A stretch of DNA of 64,000 nucleotides. Origin: Octopus bimaculoides (taxonomy: Eukaryota). The first letter of the stretch is position 1. Each line of letters starts with the position of its first letter. Shown here piece by piece: positions 63,857-64,000 of the stretch. The stretch lies in NCBI RefSeq assembly GCF_001194135.2, contig NC_068984.1, positions 59,427,977 through 59,491,976 on the forward strand, given 5' to 3'. Below the pieces are notes generated by a model that was not told the origin of the DNA, did not search any database, and saw only the letters and a list, made by a program, of their open reading frames with translations. The translations under genes and the position numbers were made by a program.

Positions 63857-64000
63857 AGCTTTGAATAGTGAAGCTGAAGAAGGACACCGAAACAGCTCAC
63901 TGGCATCAACCAAACGCCTACTGTTCAAGACAGTTGGTAAACAGGATAGCAATGATCTCAGTCGGGACTATATCGGAGTGAAGTCATATCTGCATTATTT
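63801..64000 (+). CDS. NRSN1: Neurensin-like protein, first coding exon, 3'-truncated by the window edge: MENITSTEATAGSFEEDLEALNSEAEEGHRNSSLASTKRLLFKTVGKQDSNDLSRDYIGVKSYLHY
   Basis: Strong acceptor (polypyrimidine, ttgcAG at 63785-86), ATG in aaaATGg context, open to the window end. YIGVKSYLHY matches the neurensin N-terminal motif YGVRSYLHQFY. The paralog assignment is nominal. Confidence 0.75.
   Translation, partial: MENITSTEATAGSFEEDLEALNSEAEEGHRNSSLASTKRLLFKTVGKQDSNDLSRDYIGVKSYLHY

Noticed and set aside
63868-63900. CTGAAGA-AGGACACC-GAAAC hammerhead look-alike in the neurensin-like exon
   Set aside because: There is no stem III, NUH triplet or stem I pairing; the sequence is explained by codons AEEGHRNS.

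Overview
AT-rich, repeat-dense eukaryotic DNA. The SINE repertoire, (AT)n/(CA)n microsatellites and N gaps look like an Octopus (cephalopod) assembly; this is inferred from recognisable repeat families, not a database hit. Two host genes are supported on the + strand. The first is the last four coding exons of an STPG1/MAPO2-like sperm-tail PG-rich repeat gene (5618-18785), whose splice phases join into one frame. The second is the first coding exon of a neurensin-like gene (ATG 63801, running off the window end), with an overlapping upstream ORF. The rest is intronic or intergenic and holds a decayed full-length maT/DD37D mariner, Tigger/pogo remnants, two Ty3/Gypsy remnants, RTE and CR1 LINE fragments, a CRE-clade (RLE) non-LTR remnant, Penelope-like elements, piggyBac-type and GG-terminated MITEs, and several tRNA-derived SINE families. 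The most unusual signal is six hand-folded type I hammerhead-ribozyme motifs from five unrelated sequence families between 9.2 and 30.1 kb. One is structurally intact (30026-30068). Two lie in a tRNA-headed, hammerhead-tailed SINE with an inverted terminal duplication and a 12-bp target-site duplication (19501-19928), a candidate Penelope-mobilised SINE. All structures and homologies were read by eye.
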